The notes: generated from the sequence alone by a model not told the origin. 64,000 nt of DNA from an uncultured Chloroflexia bacterium (GCA_963775225.1 CAVZHW010000007.1:135105-199104), one strand, 5' to 3'; shown: positions 9,987-21,108, counted from the first letter of the stretch. Program-made: numbers and translations.

Positions 9987-10411
9987 GGTTCTGGGACAGT
10001 TCAGCGATCGTTCCACTGTTGGTGATCGAGACCGCCAGCGAGGCCGTGCTTGCGGCGCTCAACGCTGACATAGAGGTCATTGCCTGGTGGGGTACGCCGA
10101 TCGAATGTGCATCGGCGTTGGCCCGCCGTGAACGTGAAGGGGCGGTTACCGCGGAGGGCACCTCGGTCGCGCTCAGCCGGCTCGAGGCACTTCGCGCTAC
10201 CTGGGCCGAGGTCCAGCCGGTCGAGCGCGTGCGCGCCACGGCGGTGCGCCTGCTGCGCACCCATCAATTGCGAGCTGCGGATGCGCTGCAGCTGGCCGCC
10301 GCCATCGCTGCGGCTGAGGAGCATCCTGAGACGCTTCCGTTCGTGACACTGGACGAGCACCTGGGCGAGGCGGCCTCGCGCGAGGGGTTCGCAGTCACTC
10401 AGCCTCGCTAG
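9983..10411 (+). CDS. vapC: PIN-domain ribonuclease toxin VapC
   Basis: MRFWDSSAIVPLL carries the N-terminal acidic residue. DALQLAAAI and FVTLDEHL are conserved PIN acidic positions. 142 aa. Confidence 0.8.
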   Translation: MRFWDSSAIVPLLVIETASEAVLAALNADIEVIAWWGTPIECASALARREREGAVTAEGTSVALSRLEALRATWAEVQPVERVRATAVRLLRTHQLRAADALQLAAAIAAAEEHPETLPFVTLDEHLGEAASREGFAVTQPR

Positions 10412-10439
10412 ATGCGCGCGTGGGTTGCGAGTGGACTGG

Positions 10440-12950
10440 TCAACCTTCGCTTCGAGGCGACGCGCCCAGCCCAGGACTTCTCGATCTGGTGGGGCTCCCG
10501 CGGCGTGGATGCAGACGCGCCTGCACGGGCGACCCTGGTACAAGTTCATGGATATTGTCGATGAGGCCTACAGTGACGTTCGTCCGGGCGGCCGGATCGA
10601 GTACCACCCGGACAGACGAGTGGGTGATGTCCACGTGGACCAACTCACTGCGGTAGCGCACCTGCAGCTCGAGGCTTGACATCTCGTCGGGCAGGAGTGG
10701 ATTGAGCCACAGAACATCGCGCTGGACGCCGAGGCCCGTATAGCAGCGCTGGATGATGTCCACCGTGCCTGCCATCGCACCCAGGTGAATGCCTTCCGGC
10801 GTCGTGCCGTCCTGGATGTCGGCCACATCGCTGAGGAGGGCTTCGCGGAACCAGCTCCACGAGTTCGCCCGATCGGAACGAGATAGCACCCAGGCATTGA
10901 CCACGCGACCGAGTGTTGAGCCTACCGTCGACCGCGCGAGGTAGTAGTCGATCGTGCGCGGGATCACCTCTGGATCGAATGCATAGCCCAGCCGCGCGAA
11001 GAGGTCGGCCAGTTCGGTCGCCGACAGCAGGTAGAAGATCGTCAGGACGTCCGGCTGCTTGCCCAGCTTGTAGCCATTGGGGCTGATCCCTTCGGCTTCG
11101 AGGATGAGGTCGAGCCGCTGGATGTTGCCGTAGCGCTGGCGATAGCCCTCCCAGTCGAACTCTTCGAGTTGTTCGTAGCCCTCGAACTGGCTGAGCAGGC
11201 CATCGGCGTGGAAGACGAGATGCATCCGGCGCGAAACGTCGACCATGCGCGCGACGTCGTCGTCGGCCAGCGCCAGCCGCTCCGAGAGTTCTGCCCAGCG
11301 CTCGGGGGAGAGCAGGCCGATGCAGTCGAGAGCGCGGCAGATAGTCCAGACCGCCATCAGGTTGGTGTAGGAGTTGTTGTTCAGGCCGGGTTGCTCGCTG
11401 CCCGGATAGCCGTCGTGGAACTCGTCGGGACCCATGACCCCGCGGATCTCGTAGCGTCCAAGCGTCTCGTTGAATTGCGCAATGGCCGACCAGAACCGGG
11501 CGATGTCGATGATCAGTTCCGCGCCGAACGCATCGAAGAACTCGGTGTCGCCGGTGGTCTGGTAGTACTTCCAGGCGTTGTAGGCGATGGCCGACCCGAC
11601 GTGGCGCTGAAGATAGCTGTGATCGGCGATCCACCGGCCCGAACGCGGGTTCAGATAGATGCGGTCTGTTTCCTCGCGGCCGTCACTGCCGCTCTGCCAG
11701 GGAAACATGGCACCCCGGTATCCCGCCTTCTGAGCCGCCCAGCGCGCCTCCGGCAGACGGCGATAGCGGTAGCCCAGCAGTGAGCGTGTCAACTCGGGCA
11801 TATGCAGCGTGAGGAAGGGAAAGATGAACACCTCGTCCCAGAAGATGTGGCCCTTGTAGCCCTCGCCGTGGAGGCCTCGCGCGGGCACGCCGACATCGAG
11901 CTCGATGGTGTTGGGCGAAACCGTCTGGAGCAGATGGAAAATATGCAGATCGAGGATGCGCTGGGCATGCCGATCCTTGGGCAGTGCCAGGTGGAAGCGG
12001 TTCCAGAGGTGTTGCCAGGCGCCCTCGTTACTTGCTAGCAGCGCCGCGAAATTCGGGGCACGGTTGATCGCGGTCCGCGATTCCAGGCTCGGCTCGGAAA
12101 TGGCCCGGTCACGCGACGTGTACAGCGCCACGATCTTCTCGATGCGCGTGGGCTGCCGGCGAGAAAGATCCAGCGTGAACTCCTGGCTGACGTAGCGGTC
12201 TCGGACCGCAACCTGCCGAAGTGGATGAATGACGTTCGCTGCGTCGAATACGCGCGTTCGCGCCACCTGGGCGATGCGGATGCCCGACTGCACCGTTTCG
12301 ACCTGGAGTTCGATCGTGTCGTCATCGACCGCGACGGCGCCAACGTGGCGCAGGTGATCGCCGGCCAGCGGTCGGTAGCGTTCGACGCCGGTGTTCTGGA
12401 CGGTTCCGTCTAGCGCGCTCCTGACCTCGAGCACGCCATTCCAGTTCTCCGCCGTGAACGTCGTCTCGAGGCCGGCCAGATGAGGTTCCACGAGGTGCAC
12501 GAAGCGTCGTTGCGCCACCGTCGTGACGTGCCCCTTGACGTCCCGGAAGCGCAGGTCGCGAGACAACACCGCCCTGTGCATGTCGAGCTCCTGGTGGAAC
12601 TCGAGCAGTTCGGCCGCGCAGGGGTCGAACCAGTCCTCGCCCTCGACACGGAACTGCAGAACAAGCCAGTTGGGCAGGTTGACCATGCTCTCGTCCTCGA
12701 GGACCCGCCCGTCGATGTTCGACTCGAGCCGGTTGTAGAGCCCCGCGAGGTACGTCCCCGGGTAGTGGACCGTGTCGGCAGACGTCTCCGGCGCGGCGCC
12801 ACGCGTGGCGAAGTAGCCGTTGCCGAGCGCGCACAGCGACTCGCGCCGGCCCTCCACGGCGGGAACGAAATCGTCGTACTCGAGCCGCCAGCTGCTCTCG
12901 ACGCGACCGCCGGCGGTGGCCTCCGCCACACCCTGCGCGGGGTTGCTCAC
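10440..12950 (-). CDS. Glycoside hydrolase family 65 phosphorylase (trehalose/maltose/kojibiose phosphorylase type)
   Basis: 836 aa. GH65-type central (alpha/alpha)6 region (HGEGYKGHIFWDEVFIFPF, MFPWQSGSDGREET). It overlaps the upstream HAD gene by 4 nt, the usual pairing with beta-PGM. Confidence 0.8.
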   Translation of the reverse strand: MSNPAQGVAEATAGGRVESSWRLEYDDFVPAVEGRRESLCALGNGYFATRGAAPETSADTVHYPGTYLAGLYNRLESNIDGRVLEDESMVNLPNWLVLQFRVEGEDWFDPCAAELLEFHQELDMHRAVLSRDLRFRDVKGHVTTVAQRRFVHLVEPHLAGLETTFTAENWNGVLEVRSALDGTVQNTGVERYRPLAGDHLRHVGAVAVDDDTIELQVETVQSGIRIAQVARTRVFDAANVIHPLRQVAVRDRYVSQEFTLDLSRRQPTRIEKIVALYTSRDRAISEPSLESRTAINRAPNFAALLASNEGAWQHLWNRFHLALPKDRHAQRILDLHIFHLLQTVSPNTIELDVGVPARGLHGEGYKGHIFWDEVFIFPFLTLHMPELTRSLLGYRYRRLPEARWAAQKAGYRGAMFPWQSGSDGREETDRIYLNPRSGRWIADHSYLQRHVGSAIAYNAWKYYQTTGDTEFFDAFGAELIIDIARFWSAIAQFNETLGRYEIRGVMGPDEFHDGYPGSEQPGLNNNSYTNLMAVWTICRALDCIGLLSPERWAELSERLALADDDVARMVDVSRRMHLVFHADGLLSQFEGYEQLEEFDWEGYRQRYGNIQRLDLILEAEGISPNGYKLGKQPDVLTIFYLLSATELADLFARLGYAFDPEVIPRTIDYYLARSTVGSTLGRVVNAWVLSRSDRANSWSWFREALLSDVADIQDGTTPEGIHLGAMAGTVDIIQRCYTGLGVQRDVLWLNPLLPDEMSSLELQVRYRSELVHVDITHSSVRVVLDPAARTNVTVGLIDNIHELVPGSPVQARLHPRRGSPTRSRSPGLGASPRSEG

Positions 12951-13723
12951 GCGACGTCCACCTGGGCCAGGTCGCCGACCACCACGTCCGCACCGCTGCG
13001 GCTCAACGCCTCGGCCTGACTGGCCCGGTCGACACCGATCACAAGGCCAAAGCCACCGCGGCGGCCGGCCTCGACGCCAGCCGTGGCGTCCTCGACCACG
13101 ATCGCGCGTGCCGGCTCCGTATCCAGCCGCCGCGCAGCCTCGAGGAAGACCGCCGGATGAGGTTTGCCGGGCAGCCCCAGATCGGTGGCAACGACACCGT
13201 CGACCCTGGTCTCGAAGAGGTCGTTGACCCCGGCGGCTTCAAGCACCTCGCGGGCGTTGCGGCTGGCCGAGATCACAGCCACGCGCAGCCCGTGCCCGCG
13301 GAGCTTCCCGACCAGGTCGACGGTCGATGGGAATGCTGACGCACCGTGTTCCCGCAACTGGGCCAGGAAGAACCCGTCCTTCCGATTACCCAGCCCGCAC
13401 ACGGTCTCGCGCTCGGGCGGGTCATCTGGCGAGCCATCGGGCAGGTGAATGCCACGCGACGCCAGGAAGTCGCGCACACCGTCATAGCGCGACTTGCCGT
13501 CGACGTACCGGCGGTAGTCGCTCACGGCGTCAAACGGCTTGAAGGAGCCGCTGGGCGCCTGGCGGGCAAGGACGTCGTCGAACAGCCGTTTCCAGGCGGT
13601 CGCGTGGACGTCCGCGGTCCTGGTCACGACCCCATCCATGTCGAAGATGACGGCGTCGTAGCGTCGTGTGTCCAGAACGTACTGCCGCACCCGTGCGTCC
13701 CGCGTTGACGGCTGTGGACCCAT
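12947..13723 (-). CDS. Beta-phosphoglucomutase-family HAD hydrolase
   Basis: HAD motif I DAVIFDMDGVVT and motif IV-like VVEDATAGVEAG. Translationally coupled to the GH65 gene. Confidence 0.8.
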   Translation of the reverse strand: MGPQPSTRDARVRQYVLDTRRYDAVIFDMDGVVTRTADVHATAWKRLFDDVLARQAPSGSFKPFDAVSDYRRYVDGKSRYDGVRDFLASRGIHLPDGSPDDPPERETVCGLGNRKDGFFLAQLREHGASAFPSTVDLVGKLRGHGLRVAVISASRNAREVLEAAGVNDLFETRVDGVVATDLGLPGKPHPAVFLEAARRLDTEPARAIVVEDATAGVEAGRRGGFGLVIGVDRASQAEALSRSGADVVVGDLAQVDVA

Positions 13724-13827
13724 CGCCGGTCACACTATCGCGCTTCGCGTCCACGTTTCGGCTCAAGGTGACAGCCGATGCCGCTGCGACGGCGCCGGTC
13801 GGTCGCAGCGATGGATCCCGCGGGGTG

Positions 13828-14011
13828 CGGCCCAGCGTTCGCCGCATCCTCGACAGCCTGGTGGGCTTGCCCGCGTACGTGCGCAATGGTCGGTTCGACA
13901 TCCTGTATGCGAACGGGCTCGCCGAGGCCCTCTTATCCGACCTCTACGCCGACCCCACGCTGCCGGTCAACAGCGCCCGCTTCTGCTTCCTGAACCCGCG
14001 CGGCGAGGCCG
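13828..14011 (+). pseudogene. Relic of an MmyB-like regulator (ligand-binding domain fragment only)
   Basis: ILDSLVGLPAYVRNGRFDILYANGLAEALLSDLY...NSARFCFLNP matches the MmyB-like C-terminal domain pattern. No HTH part and no plausible start precede it. Confidence 0.35.
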
Positions 14012-14267
14012 GCCGAAACCCGTACAAACGGGCTCGTAGAACTCTCGAGATGGGCGGTGAAACGAGACGATCTGACTGCAGCCCAGGCAGCCTCGAGCCC
14101 ATAACCAGGGCGATCGACCGCCGCGCTGAGCTGTCTGAGAGGCGCGCCGCGTTGCGTTGCGAAATCAACAAGAAGGGCCTTCGATCTACATGATTCTTGA
14201 GATGTGACCCCGCCTTTCGTCGGCCAACGTTTGGGGACCGAGGCGAGGACCCAAGCGAGGTCACGAA

Positions 14268-14453
14268 ATGAACCACTACTGGGCAGAGCAGTACGCACGA
14301 CAGCGCTTTGATCAGCTATTGGGCGAGGCACGCGGCGATCAGGTGGTTCGGATGGCACGACGTGACCAGGGCCTGCCGACAGCACGCCCCTTCCTGTCCG
14401 CCCTGACCCGTCTACGCGTCAGGCTCGTCGCGATCGCCAGCATTCTCCGCTGA
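14268..14453 (+). CDS. Small hypothetical protein
   Basis: ATG is preceded by GAGG at about -11. 61 aa, no recognisable domain. Confidence 0.3.
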   Translation: MNHYWAEQYARQRFDQLLGEARGDQVVRMARRDQGLPTARPFLSALTRLRVRLVAIASILR

Positions 14454-14505
14454 TCGGTGCGCCCGGCGTCGCCGCGCCGGTAAGGGGATCGCCATAATCC
14501 GGCCT

Positions 14506-17498
14506 GTGACTGCGAGGGTCTGGAGCCCGATCTTTGTGGGCCGTCGGTTGGAGCTCGAGCGTCTGCGAGAGGCCGTCGCCCGAGCGCCGCGTGGAAACGG
14601 CGGCCTAATCCTCCTCGCCGGCGAGGCAGGCGTGGGCAAGAGTCGCCTGGTGGCCGAGCTCGTGGCGGGTACACGCGAAACCGGAGTCGCCACGGTCGGG
14701 GCATGCATTGAGATGGGCGTCGCGGCCATACCGTTCGCGCCATTCAGACAGGCCTGGCGTGAGCTATCGGCTGACCTGGGTATCGATCGGTTGCACGAGC
14801 TTGCTGGCGCGCGGGCAGAGCTCGGCGCGATCGCGGCGACAGCCGACCTGGCGCCCACGCCTCCCGAGGTGGAGGAGCGCATCGGCCTTGGCGCGGATTC
14901 CAGCCAGACGCGCATGTTCGAGTCATTTGCCTCGCTGCTGCGGCGCATCGGCTCCAGTCGGCCGCTGCTCCTCGTCATCGAGGACATCCATTGGGCGGAC
15001 CCATCCACGCTCGACATGCTGCGCTACCTCGCGCGTGGCGCCGCGGACGCCCCGTTTGTCGTAGTCGCCACGTTCCGATCGGACGAGCTGCCCCGGCGCC
15101 ATCCACTGCAGCCGTTCCTGGGCGAAATACAGCGGATGCGGGCGACGGAGCGAATTGATCTCGAGCGCTTCTCGGAGGAGGAGGTCGCCGAGCAGCTCAG
15201 CGCGATCATCGGCCGGCCTGCCTCCTCGGATTTAGTCGGCCGGATACACGGGCGCTCGAACGGCAATGCCTTCTACGCCGAGGAGCTCGTCGCCGTCGAG
15301 CAAACCGGCGGCGCTCTGCCGGCGGCAATGCGCGATGTCCTACTGGCGCGGGTCTCCTCCGTCAGCGCAGAAACGCAGGAGCTGCTCCGGATCGTGGCTG
15401 CCGGCGGCGCCCAGGTCAGCACGCAGGTTGTGGCGGCAGTGGCCGAATCCAAGCGCGTCGAGCTCGAACCCAGTCTGCGCGAGGCGGTCGATCGGCACCT
15501 GATCGTGCCGACCGATACCGATGGGGTGGAACGCGTCGCATTCCGCCACGCACTCGTCCAAGAGGCGGTATACAGCGAGCTCCTGCCCGGCGAGCGGTCC
15601 CGCCTCCATGCGCGGTTCGGCGCCGCGCTCGCTTCGACGCACATGCTTAACGACGCGTCGAGCGCCGAACTTGCGTATCACTGGTATGCGGCACACGACC
15701 TGCCGAAGGCGCTGGCGTCGTCCCTCGAAGCCGCTGTGTGGGCGGAGGAAGTTCACGCATTCGCCGACGCGCAGCGCCACTATGAGCGTGTGCTGGAGCT
15801 GTGGGATCAGGTTCCGGATGCGGTTGGGCAGGTCGGAGTGGACCGCGTGGGCGTGCTGGAGCGAGCCGCGAGGGCCACCGAGCAAGGCGATCCGCCACGC
15901 GCCGCGGCCCTCATGCTGGAAGCCATCAAGTCCGCGGACGAAACAATCGACAACGTCAGGCTCGGCCTGCTCAAGGAACGCTACGGCCGCTACTCCTGGA
16001 TGGCGGGTGATGGCTATGCCGCGCTCGATGCTTGTCGTGAGGCGGTCGCGCTGGTCCCAGATCAGCCGCCGACCCGGGCGCGAGCGCGGGTTCTGGCCAG
16101 CCTCGGCCAGATCCTGATGGTCACCATGGCGGACGAGGAGGCGCGACAAACGTGCACCGCCGCGGTAGCGGCAGCGCGGTCCGTCCATGCTCTTGACATG
16201 GAGTGCCACGCCCTTAACTCCCTCGGCGTGATCAACGTCTACCAGGGCGATCTGGATGCAGGCTTGGCTCAACTGCAGCAATCGCACGAGATTGCGAGGA
16301 AGGTGGGCGCCGTGGACGACATGATCCGTGCACAGGGAAACATCGTTGACGTCCTCGCCCACAGCGGCCGTCTCGCCGCGGCCGGCGACGAAGCCGAGAA
16401 AGCGTACGAGTTCAATCGCGGACACGGACTTCCGCCGGCAATGAGCATCGTGAACCTGGCCGAGGGCGCCTCGGCCTACTACCGACTGGGTCGCTGGGAT
16501 CTGGCGCATACACTGCTTGAGCGCGCACGTCGCCTGGTCGTCGGCGGGGTGCCGCAGATCATGGTCGAACAGCGTCTGGCGCTGCTTGAGGTTGGACGTG
16601 GCGACCACGATGCCGCCGAGGCGCGACTGTCCGCGGCCCGAGATTCCATCGAGACGGCGGTCGAAGCCCAAGTGATCGCGCCCCTCGTCGAGGCTGCGGC
16701 CGAGCTGGCCCTCTGGCGCGGACGCCCACTCCAGGCGCGCGCCGACATCGGCATCGCCATGCGCAAGCTCGAAGCGCGTCCGTCCTACATATCCCGGCTC
16801 GGTCCGTTGTATGCGCTCGGGGTTCGTGCCGAGGCTGATATCTCGACGATCGCACGTACGCGACGCGATGACGCGGCGTTGGCCGAGTCGCAGGCCGTCG
16901 CCGAGGACCGCCTGCAGACGATACGCTGGCTGCACGACGAGGCGATGAGCGGTCTGCCCAACTTCGTCTCGCAGTCGGCGGCATGGCTCGCGGCCAGCTG
17001 CGCGGAAATGGGGAGGCTGCGCGGAAAAGCGACCCCGCTGAGTGGGCACGGGCAGCGGCTGCATTCGACGCGATCCCCATGCCATACGCGCGGGCGTACT
17101 CGCTCTGGCGGCAGGCTCAAGCCGAGCTGGGACTACGCCATGGTCGGACGGCTGCGTCGGAATTGCTCGCGGAGGCGCGGCGGATCGCAATTGAGCTCGG
17201 TGCGGCGCCGCTGCTAGGCGAGGTTGAGGGATTGGCGAAGCGCGCGGGCATAGACCTCGACGTCCAGCGCGATTTAGAACAGGCGCCAGCCGCGACGGAC
17301 GGGCTGGGCCTGACGGCGCGCGAACGCGAAATACTGAGGTTGGTTGCCATAGGCCGCAGCAACCGCCAAATCGCCGAGGAGCTGTACATCACCGTCGGCA
17401 CGACCGGGACGCACGTCTCCCACATCCTCGACAAGCTCGACGTGAGGAGCCGAACGGAGGCCGCCGCCGCCGCTCACCGCATGGGGCTGGTCGACTGA
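14506..17498 (+). CDS. Large ATP-binding LuxR-family (LAL/MalT-like) transcriptional regulator, frameshifted
   Basis: N-terminal P-loop (LLAGEAGVGKSRLV), a long TPR-like middle, and a C-terminal LuxR HTH (LTAREREILRLVAIGRSNRQIAEELYITVGTTGTHVSHILDKL) found in ORF 16983-17498. The frame switches from ORF 14506-17217 at ~17005-17035. Confidence 0.8.
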
Positions 17499-17531
17499 CC
17501 AGCCTCTAGCGGCGTCGCACATACTGAGCGC

Positions 17532-19863
17532 GTGACCCGGGTAGCCGTCGATCACGTACTGACCGCGCCGCCGCCTTCATTCAGCGACCAGCAGGCGGCG
17601 ACCCTCGCTCGCGAGCTGTTCGGCGTGATGGGGTGGCCGAGGAGGCCGACAGCGAGCGCGACCAGACCTTCCTGATCGACGGTGATCGCGCGACCGTTCT
17701 CAAGATCTCCAACGCCGCGGAGTCGCCAGAGCGACTGGACTTGGAGGCGCTCGCGACGCAGCGCGTTTCCGAGGTAGACCCGACTCTGCCGGTGGCCCTG
17801 CCATGGTTTGTGCCCGGCACGCCCTACGGGCCGATGACCCACAGGCGTACCGTGCGCCGGTCAGCCGTGGCGCGGAGACGCACTGGGCGCGCATGTACGA
17901 CCGGCTGCCGGGTTGGGCGTCCGTAACAGGCGCGAGCCTGAGCGACGAGGCGGTGCGCGACTGGGGGACGATGGCAGCGCGGGTGGGTCGGGCGCTGAGA
18001 GGCTTCTGGCATCCGTCGGCCGCACGGGTGATGCTCTGGGACGTCCAGCACGCACTTCGCCTGCGGCCGATGCTGAGCGCGGTTCCCGATCCGGAGGTTC
18101 GCGCGCTGGTCGAACGCGCCCTCGACCGCTACGAGCAGGAGGTGATGCCGGGGTGGCCGACCCTCCGCCACCAGGTCATCCATACCGACCTGTGCGCCTC
18201 GAACACGCTGGTGGACGACGCCGGCCGGGTGACCGGGATCATCGATTTCGGTGACGCGAGCTGGTCGGCGCTGGTCGTCGATCTCGCGGCGGTCCTGGAG
18301 ACCGTGGTCGACGGACGCGAAGGCGACGTCGACGAGTTCTTCCGCGTGTGCCGGCTGGCGCTCGACGGCTACGAGAAAGTCACCCCGCTCGAGCCCGAGG
18401 AGCGGCGGATCGTCGCTGAGCTGCTCGCCGCGCGAATGTGTGCCGGCGTCGTCATCCCGGCGTCACGCGCCGCCCTCTACGTAGATCCAGACACGCTCAT
18501 GCCGCGCCTGCAGGGCCAGGCGGTGAAGGTCCTGCGGCTGTTCGAGTCGGTTGGCGCTGACGAGGTCCGGCGCCGGCTGGGTGGTCAGGAGCCGGGGGAA
18601 GGCTGGGGCGTGGCTGCTCTCGCGAAGCGTCGGTCGAAGGATTTTGGTCCGGCGATGACCGCGCCGACCTATCGCCAGCCGCTGCACCTGGTCCGCGGCG
18701 AGGGCGTGTGGCTGATCGACGCGGACGGCGAGCGTTACCTCGATGCGTACAACAACGTGCCGGTCGTGGGCCACGAGCACCCGCGCGTGGTCGAGGCGAT
18801 GGTCCGCCAGGCGCGCCGCCTGAACACCAACGCGCGCTATCTCCACGAGACCGCGCTCGAGGTGGCCGAGCGGCTGATCGCGTCGACGGGCGGCGCGCTC
18901 GACGTGGTGATGTTCGTCAACTCAGGGTCGGAGGCCAACGACGTTGCCTGGCGCATCGCGCGCGCCGCGACCGGCGGCAGTGGCGGCATCACGACCGACT
19001 GGGCCTACCACGGCATCACCGACGCGATCCACGACCTGACGCCGGAAGAGTGGGGTAGTGGCCGTCCGCCGGCACACGTGCGCACCTGGCGCCCGCCCGA
19101 TGCTCTGCACGGTTTCCTCGGCAGCGTGGATGACTTCGATCGGGCCGTCCGCGAGCTGACCGGGACCGGCCATCAGCCCGCAGTGGCGATCCTCGACGCG
19201 GTCCTGACCAGTGACGGGATCATCGATCTTTCGCCGGAGTTGGCCGCTGAGCTGGTGCACCGCACGCACGACGCCGGCGCGCTGTGGATTGCCGACGAGG
19301 TGCAGTCGGGCCACGGTCGTACGGGCGTCGCGATGTGGGGCTACCAGCGCCTGGGCATCGAGCCCGACATCGTCACCGTGGGCAAGCCGATGGGCAACGG
19401 GATGCCCGTGGCCGCGGTGATCACCCGGCGCGAGCTGGCGCAGCGCTTCTCACCCGACGGCGACTTCTTTTCGACGTTCGGCGGCAACCCGGTCGCGATG
19501 GCCGCGGCGTTGGCCGTGCTCGAGGTAATGGATGACGAGCGGATCATCGGGAACGCCGGCAGGGTTGGGGAGTACCTGGCCGGGCGGCTGCGCGAGCTGG
19601 CGGGGCGCTATCCGGTGATCGGGGAGGTGCGTGCGGTGGGCTTGGCGATCGGCGTCGAGATCGTCCGCCCCGGCACGACCGAACCCGATCCGGCGACCGC
19701 CAGGGAGATCGTTGAGGGCATGCGCGGGCGGGGCGTCCTGATCGGCACCACCGGCCGCCACAGCAACACCCTCAAGATCCGCCCGCCACTCGTATTTGCG
19801 CAGGCCGACGCGGACCAACTCACCGAAACGCTTAAGCGGGTTCTGGTGCCGCTGGCTCGCTGA
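17532..19863 (+). CDS. Fusion of an APH/hydroxylysine-kinase-like phosphotransferase with a class-III aminotransferase-fold PLP enzyme; two frameshifts in the 5' part
   Basis: GTG 17532 gives ...SFSDQQAATLARELFG. The sense continues in ORF 17633-17926 (AEEADSERDQTFLIDG), then in ORF 17803-19863. Kinase motifs: VIHTDLCASNTLVDD and IIDFGDA. Aminotransferase motifs: NSGSEANDVAWRIAR, ADEVQSGHGRTG, GKPMGNGMPVAAV. Confidence 0.75.
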
Positions 19864-20015
19864 AGACGTCCCAGTAATTGCCGCTCGGGTCAGGTGCCAG
19901 TTGGGTGTTTCTCCATGGATGCCCCTCTCCCGTTGATAGGACCAGTTGCGCCCGAGCAACGGTACCGTCCAGCCTATTCGCAGATCGCCTGCAAGGCCTG
20001 ATCATCGTTGACGGA

Positions 20016-20477
20016 ATGACAACGCGCGACCCACGCCAGACCTATTACAGGGTCCTCATGCTGGCCGAGAACGCCGACAAGGAAATCATCAGCACCGTCT
20101 ACCGGAAGCTCGCCCGGCGTTACCACCCCGACATCGACCCGGGCCCGGAGGCGGCACGCAAGATGGTCGAGCTCAACGAGGCCTACAGCACCTTGCGCAA
20201 TCCGGAGAAGAGGCGCCAGTACGATGCGTGGCTGGCGAGCCGGCGCGACCGGCGCAACGGCGATCGGCTGATCATGCAGCCGGGTGATGTGCCGTACGGC
20301 ACCGCCGGCATGCCGGTCGGGGTGCCGTCCGGAAGCCTGATCGACTGGGGGCGCTACAGCGGCTGGACGCTGGGTCAGATCCACCGGTACGACCCCAGCT
20401 TCCTGGAGTGGCTTCTGCGCGTGCCGGTCGGACGGCAGTACCGCGACGAGATCAACAGGATGTTGTCGAGCGGCTGA
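20016..20477 (+). CDS. J-domain (DnaJ-like) protein
   Basis: ORF 19878-20477 trimmed to ATG 20016. YYRVLMLAENADKEIISTVYRKLARRYHPDIDPG contains the HPD motif. The short C-terminal domain (WTLGQIHRYDPSFLEWLL) is not the canonical DnaJ Zn/CTD. Confidence 0.75.
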   Translation: MTTRDPRQTYYRVLMLAENADKEIISTVYRKLARRYHPDIDPGPEAARKMVELNEAYSTLRNPEKRRQYDAWLASRRDRRNGDRLIMQPGDVPYGTAGMPVGVPSGSLIDWGRYSGWTLGQIHRYDPSFLEWLLRVPVGRQYRDEINRMLSSG

Positions 20478-20554
20478 TTCGCTGCTCGTCGCCGGGCGCT
20501 GGGCCGCCGGTCCGATCACCGCGTAGGTGGACATGCCCGAATGGCCGCGCAACG

Positions 20555-20764
20555 GACCTTGCCCATCGCGCCGGGCTGAAGGGCATCCAGGAGTGGCTAT
20601 CGTTCTACTTCAAGAGCCCGCAGCACGCTCCTAACCTGTATCCCGAGAACGACCTGTTCATCCAGCAGACCAAGCTCAAGAACACGTTGCGCTGGCTGAT
20701 GGGCGAGGAGCAGATCACGCACCTCGGCATGGAGTACTACCAGGACGACTACGTGAAGGAGTAG
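20555..20764 (+). pseudogene. 3'-terminal relic of a second inositol-3-phosphate synthase gene
   Basis: DLAHRAGLKGIQEWLSFYFKSPQHAPNLYPENDLFIQQTKLKNTLRWLMGEEQITHLGMEYYQDDYVKE aligns to the last ~65 aa of the intact ino1 at 32731-34254. My hand alignment gives about 86% nt identity over ~165 nt. Nothing homologous lies upstream. Confidence 0.8.
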
Positions 20765-21108
20765 CCCAGCGGCCGTGATGCGCGTGCCGCATCGCTTTGG
20801 GGCAATTCGTGCAGACAAGTCAGCCGAAAAGGCCGATTTTGGACAGGTTCGTTCAGGGAATCGGTCGCTCTTGAGCCGCTGCGCGCATCAATCGTTCTGA
20901 CTCAGCGCGGACAAGGCGAGAATCGAAAGAGCCCGGGCGCCGTCGTCGTGGACGGGTGATCGACATGGCAACTCTTCTCCACCAGTCGGATGCGGACACG
21001 CTCGCCGAGATCGAGTCGGCGCGCGAAACGCTCACGCGCCTCGGTGCCAGGCCCTACCTCGATCGGCTCGAGGCTGCCCTGCACGAGGGCCCGGAGCGCT
21101 CACCGGGC

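Noticed and set aside
15340-17190. 616-aa minus-strand ORF
   Set aside because: It is antisense to the LuxR/LAL regulator, which has clear P-loop, TPR and HTH motifs. The product is Arg/Gly/His-rich with no motifs, a typical high-GC shadow ORF.
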